From positions 11,668,894-11,732,893 of the forward strand of contig CM082589.2 of NCBI GenBank assembly GCA_040954595.2: 64,000 nucleotides of DNA, in the 5' to 3' direction. Shown here one piece after another: positions 25,167 to 38,990 of the stretch. Numbering within the stretch: the first letter of the stretch is position 1; each line of letters starts with the position of its first letter. The notes under the pieces are model-generated. The model saw only the letters and a list, made by a program, of their open reading frames with translations. It ran no database searches and was not told the origin of the DNA. Source of the DNA: Balanoglossus misakiensis (lineage: Eukaryota; Animalia; Hemichordata). The translations under genes and the position numbers were made by a program.

Positions 25167-28100
25167 TGATTGTCCAAAATTAGCTGATATCTAATAAATG
25201 TAGTATTGAACCGTTCTGTTTCCCCCCCCCCCTACATTATATGCGGTACGCCGATGTCAGCTTACCCGGCAGTACTGCAGGCCGTGCCCCCAACTAACGT
25301 CGGTGTTTGAAACGCCCTGGTTAAATTCGGGCTTTCTCTATAAATTGACAGGCAATAATGCAGTCCTACCCGAACAAATGTCGAGTGTTGACCCGCTGTG
25401 ACTTTCCCTCTTCGGTTTGCCCGACTTAGCCAACGTCTTTGTACTAGAGTGTCGGGTCTTTTGCAGAGCCAGGCCGAAGGAAATCCGACTTGATCACCGT
25501 TGCTAACGAACGCTAGTGTCTGTCATGGTGTGCCGGGGTTTTAGTCGAGCCAGGCCGTAGGAGATCTGACTTGATCATCGTGGTCAATGTACGCGTGTTT
25601 AAGCTCTAAAGTGCCGGGGCTTCATCTAAACCAGGCCGTAGGAAATCCGACGTAATCACCGTTGATAACTTACGCCAGTCTGTGTCATATATAGCCGGTG
25701 CACCAGCCGAGTCACGCCGTAGGAAATCTGACTTGATCAACGTGGTCAATGTACGCGTGTTTCTGCTCTAGAGTGTCAGGGCTTTAGCAAAGCCATGCCG
25801 TAGGAAATCTGACTTGATCAACGTTGCTAACGAACGCTAGTGTCTGTCATAGTGTGCCGGGGTTTTAGTCGAGCCAAGCCGTAGGAGATCAGACTTGATC
25901 AACGTGGTCTCTGTACGCGTGTTTCTGCTCTAGAGTGCCGGGGCCTTATCCAAGCCATGCTGTAGAAAATCTGACTTGATCACCGTTGCTAACGTACGCT
26001 AGTGTCTGTCATATTGTGACGGAGATTTAGCCGAGCCAGGCCGTAAAAAAATCGACTTGTTCAACGTTATCAGTGTGCAACTGTTTCTGCTCTAGAGTGT
26101 CAGGGTTTTAGCCGATTTATGCTGTAGGAAATCAGAGTTGATGAACGGGAATTCAATGTTAGAAAACCCGTGTGGAAAGTATCTCTACCCGTTTGAAACT
26201 AAGAAAAGAATTTATTCTTATTTATTTTGTAAAAAAGACAATTTTTCGAAAAAAAAGGCGAAAATGGTAATTTTGTCTTGGGTGATTCAAATTATACCAC
26301 CTTTTCTGGAATATGCAGCACTTTTTACAAGAGAACGACACTTCATGCTCCATAATATTTCCGAAAATGAAGAAAAGAGTTAATTTTTTATGATTTTTTA
26401 AAAATTTACCATTTTTGTCAAAATATGGCCAAAATGGCTATTTTATCTTGAATTCCGTCAATATCTCTGCATTTTTGGAGTGGTCGAAAGTTTTAACATA
26501 CAATCAACATGTCATATATGATCGGGGCACCAAATTCGAAGAACAAAGGTTTTTTTATTTTTTTTCTAAAAATGATATTTTCAAGGAATATTTGGTAAAA
26601 CGCAATTTTGTCTGCAGTGAGCCAAATAAGACGGTCTTTTGTGGAATTTGTATCGATATATACATACGAAGAGCATTCTATACTCCATCAGATTTCCGAA
26701 AATGCAGAAAACGGGTATTTTTTGTAATTTTGAAAAATTTTCCATTTTGACCAAATTGTGGCTAAAATTGTTATTTTCGTGTTGAATGCCGCCAATGTCA
26801 CTGCTTTTAAAAGTCATAAAAACTTTTAACATACAAGCAATTCTTTATATATGATCAGGTCACCGAATTAAAAAAATAGAGAATGTTTTGCCTAAAAATG
26901 ACCTTTTTGGTGCAAAAACGAATAAAACGCAATTTTGTATTAAATCAGAGTGCATTTTTTATAATCAGCACCATTTTCACATATATAATGGAAATTTCAT
27001 ACATCATCAGATATCCAAATATGAAAAAAATGATTTAGATGATTGTCCAAAATTAGCTGATATCTAATAAATGTAGTATTGAACCGTTCTGTTTCCCCCC
27101 CGAATTAAAAAAATAAAGAATGTTTTGCCTAAAAATGACCTTTTAGGTGCAAAAACGAATAAAACGTAATTTTGTATTAAATCAGCTCATTCAGAGTGCA
27201 TTTTTTATAATCAGCACCATTTTTACATATAATGGAAATTTCATACATCATCAGATATCCAAATATGAAAAAATGATTTAGATTTTAGATGATTGTCCAA
27301 AATTAGCTGATATCTAATAAATGTAGTATTGAACCGTTCTGTTTCCCCCCCCCCCCCTACATTATATGCGGTACGCCGATGTCAGCTTACCCGGCAGTAC
27401 TGCAGGCCGTGCCCCCAACTAACGTCGGTGTTTGAAACGCCCTGGTTAAATTCGGGCTTTCTCTATAAATTGACAGGCAATAATGTAGTCCTACCCGAAC
27501 AAATGTCGAGTGTTGACCCGCTGTGACTTTCCCTCTTCGTTTGGCCCGACTTAGCCAACGTCTTTGTACTAGAGTGTCGGGTCTTTTGCCGAGCCAGGCC
27601 GAAGGAAATCCGACTTGATCACCGTTGCTAACGAACGCTAGTGTCTGTCATGGTGTGCCGGGGTTTTAGTCGAGCCAGGCCGTAGGAAATCTGACTTGAT
27701 CAACGTGGTCAATGTACGCCTGTTTCTGCTCTAGAGTGCCGGGGCTTCAGCTGATCCAGGCCGTAAGAAACCCGACGTGATTACCGTTGTTAACTTACGC
27801 CAGTCTGTGTCCTATATATAGTGCCGGGGCATCAGTCGTGCCAGGCCGAAGGAAATGTGAGGAGATCAACGTGGTCTCTGTACGCGTGTTTCTGCTCTAG
27901 AGTGCCAGGGCTTTAGCCAAGCCATGCCGTAGGAAATCTGACTTGGTCAACGTTGCTAACGAACGCTAGTGTCTGTCATAGTGTGCCGGGGTTTTAGTCG
28001 AGCCAAGCCGTAGGAGATCTGACTTGATCATCGTGGTCAATGTACGCGTGTTTCCGCTCTAAAGTGCCGGGGCTTCAGCTAAACCAGGCCGTAGGAAAGC

Positions 28101-31100
28101 CGACGTAATCACCGTTGATAACTTACGCCAGTCTGTGTCATATAGAGCCGGTGCACCAGCCGAGTCACGCCGTAGGAAATCTGACTTGATCAACGTGGTC
28201 AATGTACGCCTGTTTCTGCTCTAGAGTGCCGGGGCTTCAGCTGAGCCAGGCCGTAGGAAACCCGACGTGATTACCGTTGTTAACTTACGCCAGTCTGTGT
28301 CCTATATATAGTGCCGGGGCATCAGCTGTGCCAGGCCGAAGGAAATGTGAGTAGATCAACGTGGTCTCTGTACGCGTGTTTCTGCTCTAGAGTGCCAGGG
28401 CTTTAGCCAAGCCATGCCGTAGGAAATCTGACTTGATCACCGTTGCTAACGTACGCTAGTGTCTGTCATATTGTGACGGAGATTTAGCCGAGCCAGGCCG
28501 TAGAAAAATCGACTTGTTCAACGTTACCAGTGAGCAACTGTTTCTGCTCTAGAGTGTCAGGGTTTTAGCCGACTTATGCTGTAGGAAATCTGAGTTGATG
28601 AATGGGAATTCAATGTTAGAAAACCTGTGTGGAAGGTATCTCTACCCGTTTGAAACTAAGAAAAGAATTTATTCTTATTTATTTTGTAAAAAAAGACAAT
28701 TTTTCGAAAAAAAGTCGAAAATGGTAATTTTGTCTTGGGTGATTTAAATTATACCGCCTTTTCTGGAATTTGCAGCACTTTTTACAAGAGAACGACACTT
28801 CATGCTCCATAATATTTCCGAAAATGAAGAAAAGAGTTAATTTTTAAAGATTTTTTTAAAATTTACCATTTTTGCCAAAATATGGCCAAAATGGCTATTT
28901 TTTCTTGAATTTCGTCAATATCTCAGCATTTTTGGAGTGGTCGAAAGCTTTAACATACAATGAACATGTCATATATGATCAGGGCATCAAATTCGAAGAA
29001 CAAAGGTTTTTTATTTTTTTTTCTAAAATGACATTTTCAAGGAAAATTTGGTAAAACGCAATTTTGTCTGCAGTGAGCCAAATTAGACGGTCTTTTGTGG
29101 AATTTGTATCGATATATACATACGAAGAGCATTCTAAACTCCATCAGATTTCCGAAAATGTAGAAAACAGGTATTTTTCGTACTTTTCAAAAATTTACCA
29201 TTTTTGACCAAATTGTGGCTAAAATTGTTATTTTCGTGATGAATGCCGCCAGTGTCACTGCTTTTAAAAGTCATAAAAACTTTTAACATACAAGCAATTG
29301 TTTATATATGATCAGGTCACCGAATTAATAAAATAAAGAATGTTTTGCCTAAAAATGACCTTTTTGGTGCAAAAACGAATAAAATGCAATCTTGTATTAA
29401 ATCAGTTCATTCAGAGTGCATTTTTTATAATCAGCACCTTTTTTACATATAATGGAAATTTCATACATCATCAGACATCCAAATATGAAAAAATGATTTA
29501 GATTTTAGGTGATTGTCCAAAATTAGCTGATATCTAATAAATGTAGTATTGAACCGTTCTGTTTCCCCCCCCCCCCCCTACATTATATGCGGTACGCCGA
29601 TGTCAGCTTACCCGGCAGTACTGCAGGCCGTGCCCCCAACTAACGTCGGTGTTTGAAACGCCCTGGTTAAATTCGGGCTCTCTCTATAAATTGACAGGCA
29701 ATAATGCAGTCCTACCCGAACAAATGTCGAGTGTTGACCCGCTGTGACTTTCCCTCTTCGGTTTGCCCGACTTAGCCATCGTCTTTGTACTAGAGTGTCG
29801 GGTCTTTTGCAGAGCCAGGCCGAAAGAAATCCGACTTGATCACCGTTGCTAACGAACGCTAGTGTCTGTCATTGTGTGCCGGGGTTTTAGTCGAGCCAGG
29901 CCGTAGGAGATCTGACTTGATCATCGTGGTCAATGTACGCGTGTTTCCGCTCTAAAGCGCCGGTGCTTCAGCTAAACCAGGCCGTAGGAAATCCGACGTA
30001 ATCACCGTTGATAACTTACGCCAGTCTGTGTCATATAGAGCCGGTGCACCAGCCGAGTCACGCCGTAGGAAATCTGACTTGATCAACGTGGTCAATGTAC
30101 GCCTGTTTCTGCTCTAGAGTGCCGGGGCTTCAGCTGAGCCAGGCCGTAGGAAACCCGACGTGATTACCGTTGTTAACTTACGCCAGTCTGTGTCCTATAT
30201 ATAGTGCCGGGGCATCAGCCGTGCCAGGCCGAAGGAAATGTGAGTAGATCAACGTGGTCTCTGTACGCGTGTTTCTGCTCTAGAGTGCCAGGGCTTTAGC
30301 CAAGCCATGCCGTAGGAAATCTGACTTGATCAACGTTGCTAACGAACGCTAGTGTCTGTCATAGTGTGCCGGGGTTTTAGTCGAGCCAAGCCGTAGGAGA
30401 TCAGACTTGATCAACGTGGTCTCTGTACGCGTGTTTCTGCTCTAGAGTGCCGGGGCTTTATCCAAGCCATGCTGTAGAAAATCTGACTTGATCACCGTTG
30501 CTAACGTACGCTAGTGTCTGTCATATTGTGACGGAGATTTAGCCGAGCCAGGCCGTAAAAAAATCGACTTGTTCAACGTTATCAGTGTGCAACTGTTTCT
30601 GCTCTAGAGTGTCAGGGTTGTAGCCGATTTATGCTGTAGGAAATCAGAGTTGATGAACGGGAATTCAATGTTAGAAAACCCGTGTGGAAAGTATCTCTAC
30701 CCGTTTCAAACTAAGAAAAGAATTTATTCTTATTTATTTTGTAAAAAAGACAATTTTTCGAAAAAAAGGCGAAAATGGTAATTTTGTCTTGGGTGATTCA
30801 AATTATACCACCTTTTCTGGAATATGCAGCACTTTTTACAAGAGAACGACACTTCATGCTCCATAATATTTCCGAAAATGAAGAAAAGAGTTAATTTTTT
30901 ATGATTTTTTAAAAATTTACCATTTTTGTCAAAATATGGCCAAAATGGCTATTTTATCTTGAATTCCGTCAATATCTCTGCATTTTTGGAGTGGTCGAAA
31001 GTTTTAACATACAATCAACATGTCATATATGATCGGGGCACCAAATTCGAAGAACAAAGGTTTTTTTATTTTTTTTCTAAAAATGATATTTTCAAGGAAT

Positions 31101-34100
31101 ATTTGGTAAAACGCAATTTTGTCTGCAGTGAGCCAAATTAGACGGTCTTTTGTGGAATTTGTATCGATATATACATACGAAGAGCATTCTATACTCCATC
31201 AGATTTCCGAAAATGTAGAAAACAGGTATTTTTTGTAATTTTGAAAAATTTTCCATTTTGACCAAATTGTGGCTAAAATTGTTATTTTCGTGTTGAATGC
31301 CGCCAGTGTCACTGCTTTTAAAAGTCATAAAAACTTTTAACATACAAGCAATTCTTTATATATGATCAGGTCACCGAATTAAAAAAATAAAGAATGTTTT
31401 GCCTAAAAATGACCTTTTAGGTGCAAAAACGAATAAAACGTAATTTTGTATTAAATCAGCTCATTCAGAGTGCATTTTTTATAATCAGCACCATTTTTAC
31501 ATATAATGGAAATTTCATACATCATCAGATATCCAAATATGAAAAAATGATTTAGATTTTAGATGATTGTCCAAAATTAGCTGATATCTAATAAATGTAG
31601 TATTGAACCGTTCTGTTCCCCCCCCCCCCCCTACATTATATGCGGTACGCCGATGTCAGCTTACCAGGCAGTACTGCAGGCCGTGCCCCCAACTAACGTC
31701 TGTGTTTGAAACGCCCTGGTTAAATTCGGGCTTTCTCTATAAATTGACAGGCAATAATGTAGTCCTACCCGAACAAATGTCGAGTGTTGACCCGCTGTGA
31801 CTTTCCCTCTTCGTTTGGCCCGACTTAGCCAACGTCTTTGTACTAGAGTGTCGGGTCTTTTGCCGAGCCAGGCCGAAGGAAATCCGACTTGATCACCGTT
31901 GCTAACGAACGCTAGTGTCTGTCATGGTGTGCCGGGGTTTTAGTCGAGCCAGGCCGTAGGAAATCTGACTTGATCAACGTGGTCAATGTACGCCTGTTTC
32001 TGCTCTAGAGTGCCGGGGCTTCAGCTGATCCAGGCCGTAAGAAACCCGACGTGATTACCGTTGTTAACTCACGCCAGTCTGTGTCCTATATATAGTGCCG
32101 GGGCATCAGCCGTGCCAGGCGTAAGGAAATGTGAGTAGATCAATGTGGTCTCTGTACGCGTGTTTCTGCTCTAGAATGCCAGGGCTTTAGCCAAGCCATG
32201 CCGTAGGAAATCTGACTTGGTCAACGTTGCTAACGAACGCTAGTGTCTGTCATAATGTGCCGGGGTTTTAGTCGAGCCAAGCCGTAGGAGATCTGACTTG
32301 ATCATCGTGGTCAATGTACGCGTGTTTCCGCTCTAAAGTGCCGGGGCTTCAGCTAAACCAGCCCGTAGGAAAGCCGACGTAATCACCGTTGATAACTTAC
32401 GCCAGTCTGTGTCATATAGAGCCGGTGCACCAGCCGAGTCACGCCGTAGGAAATCTGACTTGATCAACGTGGTCAATGTACGCCTGTTTCTGCTCTAGAG
32501 TGCCGGGGCTTCAGCTGAGCCAGGCCGTAGGAAACCCGACGTGATTACCGTTGTTAACTTACGCCAGTCTGTGTCCTATATATAGTGCCGGGGCATCAGC
32601 TGTGCCAGGCCGAAGAAAATGTGAGTAGATCAACGTGGTCTCTGTACGCGTGTTTCTGCTCTAGAGTGCCAGGGCTTTAGCCAAGCCATGCCGTAGGAAA
32701 TCTGACTTGATCACCGTTGCTAACGTACGCTAGTGTCTGTCATATTGTGACGGAGATTTAGCCGAGCCAGGCCGTAGAAAAATCGACTTGTTCAACGTTA
32801 CCAGTGTGCAACTGTTTCTGCTCTAGAGTGTCAGGGTTTTAGCCGACTTATGCTGTAGGAATTCTGAGTTGATGAACGGGAATTCAATGTTAGAAAACCT
32901 GTGTGGAAAGTATCTCTACCCGTTTGAAACTAATAAAAGAATTTATTCTTATTTATTTTGTAAAAAAGACAATATTTCGAAAAAAAAGTCGAAAATGGTA
33001 ATTTTGTCTTGGGTGATTTAAATTATACCGCCCTTTCTGGAATTTGCAGCACTTTTTACAAGAGAACGACACTGCATGCTCCATAATATTTCCGAAAATG
33101 AAGAAAAGAGTTAATTTTTTATGATTTTTAAAAATTTACCATTTTTGTCAAAATATGGCCAAAATGGCTATTTTTTCTTGAATTCCGTCAATATCTCAGC
33201 ATTTTTGGAGTGGTCGAAAGTTTTAACATACAATCAACATGTCATATATGATCAGGCACCAAATTCGAAGAACAAAGGTTTTTTATTTTTTTTCTAAAAT
33301 GACATTTTCAAGGAAAATTTGGTAAAACGCAATTTTGTCTGCAGTGAGCCAAATTAGACGGTCTTTTGTGGAATTTGTATCGATATATACATACGAAGAG
33401 CATTCTATACTCCATCAGATTTCCGAAAATGTAGAAAACAGGCATTTTTTGTAATTTTCAAAAATTTACCATTTTGACCAAATTGTGGCTAAAATTGTTA
33501 TTTTCGTGTTGAATGCCGCCAGTGTCACTGCTTTTAAAAATCATAAAAACTTTTAACATACAAGCAATTCTTTATATATGATCAGGTCACCGAATTACAA
33601 AAATAAAGAATGTTTTGCCTAAAAATGACCTTTTAGGTGCAAAAACGAATAAAACTTAATTTTGTATTAAATCAGCTCATTCAGAGTGCATTTTTTATAA
33701 TCAGCACCATTTTTACATATAATGGAAATTTCATACATCATCAGATATCCAAATATGAAAAGATGATATACATTTTAGATGATTGTCCAAAATTAGCTGA
33801 TATCTGGTAAATGTAGTATTGAACCGTTCTGTTCCCCCCCCCTACATTATATGCGGTACGCTGATGTCAGCCTACCCGGCAGTACTGCAGGCCGTGCCCC
33901 CAACTAACGTCGGTGTTTGAAACGCCCTGGTTAAATTCGGGCTTTCTCTATAAATTGACAGGCAATAATGCAGTCCTACCGGAACAAATGTCGAGTGTTG
34001 ACCCGCTGTGACTTTCCCTCTTCGGTTTGCCCGACTTAGCCAACGTCTTTGTACTAGAGTGTCGGGTCTTTTGCAGAGCCAGGCCGAAGGAAATCCGACT

Positions 34101-37100
34101 TGATCACCGTTGCTAACGAACGCTAGTGTCTGTCATGGTGTGCCGGGGTTTTAGTCGAGCCAGGCCGTAGGAGATCTGACTTGATCATCGTGGTCAATGT
34201 ACGCGTGTTTCCGCTCTAAAGTGCCGGGGCTTCAGCTGAACCAGGCCGTAGGAAATCCGATGTAATCACCGTTGATAACTTACGCCAGTCTGTGTCATAT
34301 AGAGCCGGTGCACCAGCCGGGTCACGCCGTAGGAAATCTTACTTGATCAACGTGGTCAATGTACGCCTGTTTCTGCTCTAGAGTGCCGGGGCTTCAGCTG
34401 AGCCAGGCCGTAGGAAACCCGACGTGATTACCGTTGTTAACTTACGCCAGTTTGTGTCCTATATATAGTGCCGGGGCATCAGCCGTGCCAGGCCGAAGGA
34501 AAAGTGAGTAGATCAACGTGGTCTCTGTACGCGTGTTTCTGCTCTAGAGTGCCAGGGCTTTAGCCAAGCCATGCCGTAGGAAATCTGACTTGATCAACGT
34601 TGCTAACGAACGCTAGTGTCTGTCATAGTGTGCCGGGGTTTTAGTCGAGCCAAGCCGTAGGAGATCAGACTTGATCAACGTGGTCTCTGTACGCGTGTTT
34701 CTGCTCTAGAGTGCCGGGGCTTTATCCAAGCCATGCCGTAGAAAATCTGACTTGATCACCGTTGCTAACCTACGCTAGTGTCTGTCATATTGTGACGCGG
34801 GATTTAGCCGAGCCAAGCCGTAGAAAAATCGACTTGTTCAACGTTACCAGTGTGCAACTGTTTCTGCTCTAGAGTGTCAGGGTTTTAGCCGACTTATGCT
34901 GTAAGAAATCTGAGTTGATGAACGGGAATTCAATGTTAGAAAACCCGTGTGGAAAGTATCTCTACCCGTTTGAAACTAAGAAAAGAATTTATTCTTATTT
35001 ATTTTGTAAAAAAGACAATTTTTCGAAAAAAAGTCGAAAATGGTAATTTTGTCTTGGATGATTCAAATTATACCGCCTTTTCTGGAATTTGCAGCACTTT
35101 TTACAAGAGGACGACACTTCATGCTCCATAATATTTCCGAAAATGAAGAAGAGAGTTAATTTTTTATGATTTTTTAAAAATTTACCATTTTTGACAAAAT
35201 ATGGCCAAAATGGCTATTTTTTCTTGAAGTCAGTCAATATCTCTGCATTTTTGGAGTGTTCGAAAGTCTTAACTTACAATCAACATGTCATATATGATCA
35301 GGGCACCAAATTCGAAGAACAAAGGTTTTTTTTTTTTTTTTTTTTTTCTAAAAATGACATTTTCAAGGAAAATTTGGTAAAACGCAATTTTGTCTGCAGT
35401 GAGCCAAATTAGACGGTCATTTGTGGAATTTTTATCGATATATACATACGAAGAGCATTCTATACTCCATCAGATTTCCGAAAATGTAGAAAACAGGTAT
35501 TTTTTGTAATTTTCAAAAATTTACCATTTTGACCAAATAGTGGCTAAAATTGTTATTTTCGTGTTGAATGCCGCCAGTGTCACTGCTTTTAAAAGTCATA
35601 AAAACTTTAAACATACAAGCAATTGTTTATATATGATCAGGTCACCGAATTAAAAAAAATAAAGACTGTTTTGCCTAAAAATTACCTTTTTGGTGCAAAA
35701 ACGAATAAAACGCAATCTTGTATTAAATCAGCTCATTCAGAGTGCATTTTTTATAATCAGCACCATTTTTACATATGATGGAAATTTCATACATCATCAG
35801 ATATCCAAATATGAAAACATGATTTAGATTTTAGATGATTGTCCAAAATTAGCTGATATCTAATAAATGTAGTATTGAACCGTTCTGTTCCCCCCCCCCC
35901 CCTACATTATATGCGGTATGCCGATGTCAGCTTACCCGGCAGTACTGCAGGCCGTGCTCCCAACTAACGTCGGTGTTTGAAGCGCCCTGGTTAAATTCGG
36001 GCTTTCTCTATAAATTGACAGGCAATAATGCAGTCCTACCCGAACAAATGTCGAGTGTTGACCCGCTGTGACTTTCCCTCTTCGGTTTGCCCGACTTAGC
36101 CAACGTCTTTGTACTAGAGTGTCGGGTCTTTTGCAGAGCCAGGCCGAAGGAAATCCGACTTGATCACCGTTGATAACGAACGCTAGTGTCTGTCATGGTG
36201 TGCCGGGGTTTTAGTCAAGCCAGGCCGTAGGAGATCTGACTTGATCATCGTGGTCAATGTACGCGTGTTTCCGCTCTTAAGTGCCGGGGCTTCAGCTAAA
36301 CCAGACCGTAGGAAATCCGACGTAATCACCGTTGATAACTTACGCCAGTCTGTGTCATATAGAGCCGGTGCACCAGCCGAGTCACGCCGTAGGAAATCTG
36401 ACTTGATCAACGTGGTCAATGTAAGCCTGTTTCTGCTCTAGAGTGCCGGGGCTTCAGCTGAGCCAGGCCGTAGGAAACCCGACGTGATTACCGTTGTTAA
36501 CTTACGCCAGTCTGTGTCCTATCTATAGTGCCGGGGCATCAGCCGTGCCAGGCCGAAGGAAATGTGAGTAGATCAACGTGTTCTCTGTACGCGTGTTTCT
36601 GCTCTAGAGTGCCAGGGCTTTAGCCAAGCCATGCCGTAGGAAATATGACTTGATCAACGTTGCTAACGAACGCTAGTGTCTGTCATAGTGTGCCGGGGTT
36701 TTAGTCGAGCCAAGCCGTAGGAGATCTGACTTGATCATCGTGGTCAATGTACGCGTGTTTCCGCTCTAAAGTGGCGGGGCTTCAGCTAAACCAGACCGTA
36801 GGAAATCCGACGTAATCACCGTTGATAACTTACGCCAGTCTGTGTCATATAGAGCCGGTGCACCAGCCGAGTCACGCCGTAGGAAATCTGACTTGATCAA
36901 CGTGGTCAATGTATGCCTGTTTCTGCTCTAGAGTGCCGGGGCTTCAGCTGAGCCAGGCCGTAGGAAACCCGACGTGATTACCGTTGTTAACTTACGCCAG
37001 TCTGTGTCAGGCCTTAGGAAACCCGACGTGATTACCGTTGTTAACTTACGGCAGTCTGTGTCCTATATATAGTGCCGGGGCATCAGCCGTGCCAGGCCGA

Positions 37101-38781
37101 AGGAAATGTGAGTAGATCAACGTGGTCTCTGTACGCGTGTTTCTGCTCTAGAGTGCCGGGGCTTTATCCAAGCCATGCCGTTGAAAATCTGACTTGATCA
37201 CCGTTGCTAACGTACGCTAGTGTCTGTCATATTGTGACGGAGATTTAGCCGAGCGAGGCCGTAGAAAAATCGACTCGTTCAACGTTACCAGTGTGCAACT
37301 GTTTCTGCTCTAGAGTGTCAGGGTTTTAGCCGACTTATGCTGTAGGAAATCTGAGTTGATGAACGGGAATTCAATGTTAGAAAACCCGTGTGGAAAGTAT
37401 CTCTACCCGTTTGAAACTAACAAAAGAATTTATTCTTATGTATTTCGTAAAAAAGACAATTTTTCGAAAAAAAGGCGAAAATCGTAATTTTGTCTTGGGT
37501 GATTCAAATTATACCACCTTTTCTGGAATTTGCAGCACTTTTTACAAGAGAACGACACTTCATGCTCCATAATATTTCCGAAAATGAAGAAATAAGTTTA
37601 TTTTTTAAGATTTTTTAAAAATGTACCATTTTTGTCAAAATATGGCCAAATGGCTATTTTTTCTTGAATTCCGTCAATATCTCTGCATTTTTGGAGTGGT
37701 CGAAAGTTTTAACATACAATCAACATGTCATATATGATCAGGGCACCAAATTCGAAGAAAAAGTTTTTTTTTAGTTTTTTTTCTAAAAATGACATTTTCA
37801 AGGAAAATTTGGTAAAAAGCAATTTTGTCTGCAGTGAGCCAAATTAGACGGTCTTTTGTGGAATTTGTATCGATATATACATACGAAGAGCATTCTATAC
37901 TCCATCAGATTTCCGAAAATGTAGAAAACAGGTATTTTTTGTAATTTTCAAAAATTTACCATTTTGACCAAATTGTGGCTAAAATTGTTATTTTCGTGTT
38001 GAATGCCGCCAGTGTCACTGCTTTTAAAAGTCATAAAAACTTTAAACATACAAGCAATTGTTTATATATGATCAGGTCACCGAATTAAAAAAAATAAAGA
38101 CTGTTTTGCCTAAAAATGACCTTTTTGGTGCAAAAACGAATAAAACGCAATTTTGTATTAAATCAGCTCATTCAGAGTGCATTTTTTATAATCAGCACCA
38201 TTTTTACATATAATGGAAATTTCATACATCATCAGATATCCAAATATGAAAAAATGATTTAGATTTTAGATGATTGTCCAAAATTAGCTGATATCTAATA
38301 AATGTAGTGTTGAACCGTTCTGTTCCCCCCCCCCCTACATTATATGCGGTACGCCGATGTCAGCTTACCCGGCAGTACTGCAGGCCGTGCCCCCAACTAA
38401 CGTTGGTGTTTGAAACGCCCTGGTTAAATTCGGGCTTTCTCTATAAATTGACAGGCAATAATGCAGTCCTACCCGAACAAATGTCAAGTGTTGACCCGCT
38501 GTGACTTTCCCTCTTCGGTTTGCCCGACTTAGCCAACGTCTTTGTACTAGAGTGTCGGGTCTTTTGCAGAGCCAGGCCGAAGGAAATCCGACTTGACCAC
38601 CGTTGCTAACGAACGCTAGTGTCTGTCATGGTGTGCCGGGGTTTTAGTCGAGCCAGGCCGTAGGAGATCTGACTTGATCATCGTGGTCAATGTACGCGTG
38701 TTTCCGCTCTAAAGTGCCGGGGCTTCAGCTAAACCAGGCCGTAGGAAATCCGACGTAATCACCGTTGATAACTTACGCCAG

Positions 38782-38818
<37 letters not shown>

Positions 38819-38990
38819 TTTATTTCACTTCCAATTTTTTACATCGAATGGTGAAAAAGAAAATGTACTATTTAAGTGAAAAAGGAGGTAGGAAAAATAG
38901 TGCATTCGCACTAGTCAAGTCCATCCCCTCATGGTGAACAGTAGAACACTTGGTTAGTAATACATACAAAAGGAAGAAATAAAAGTCAAA

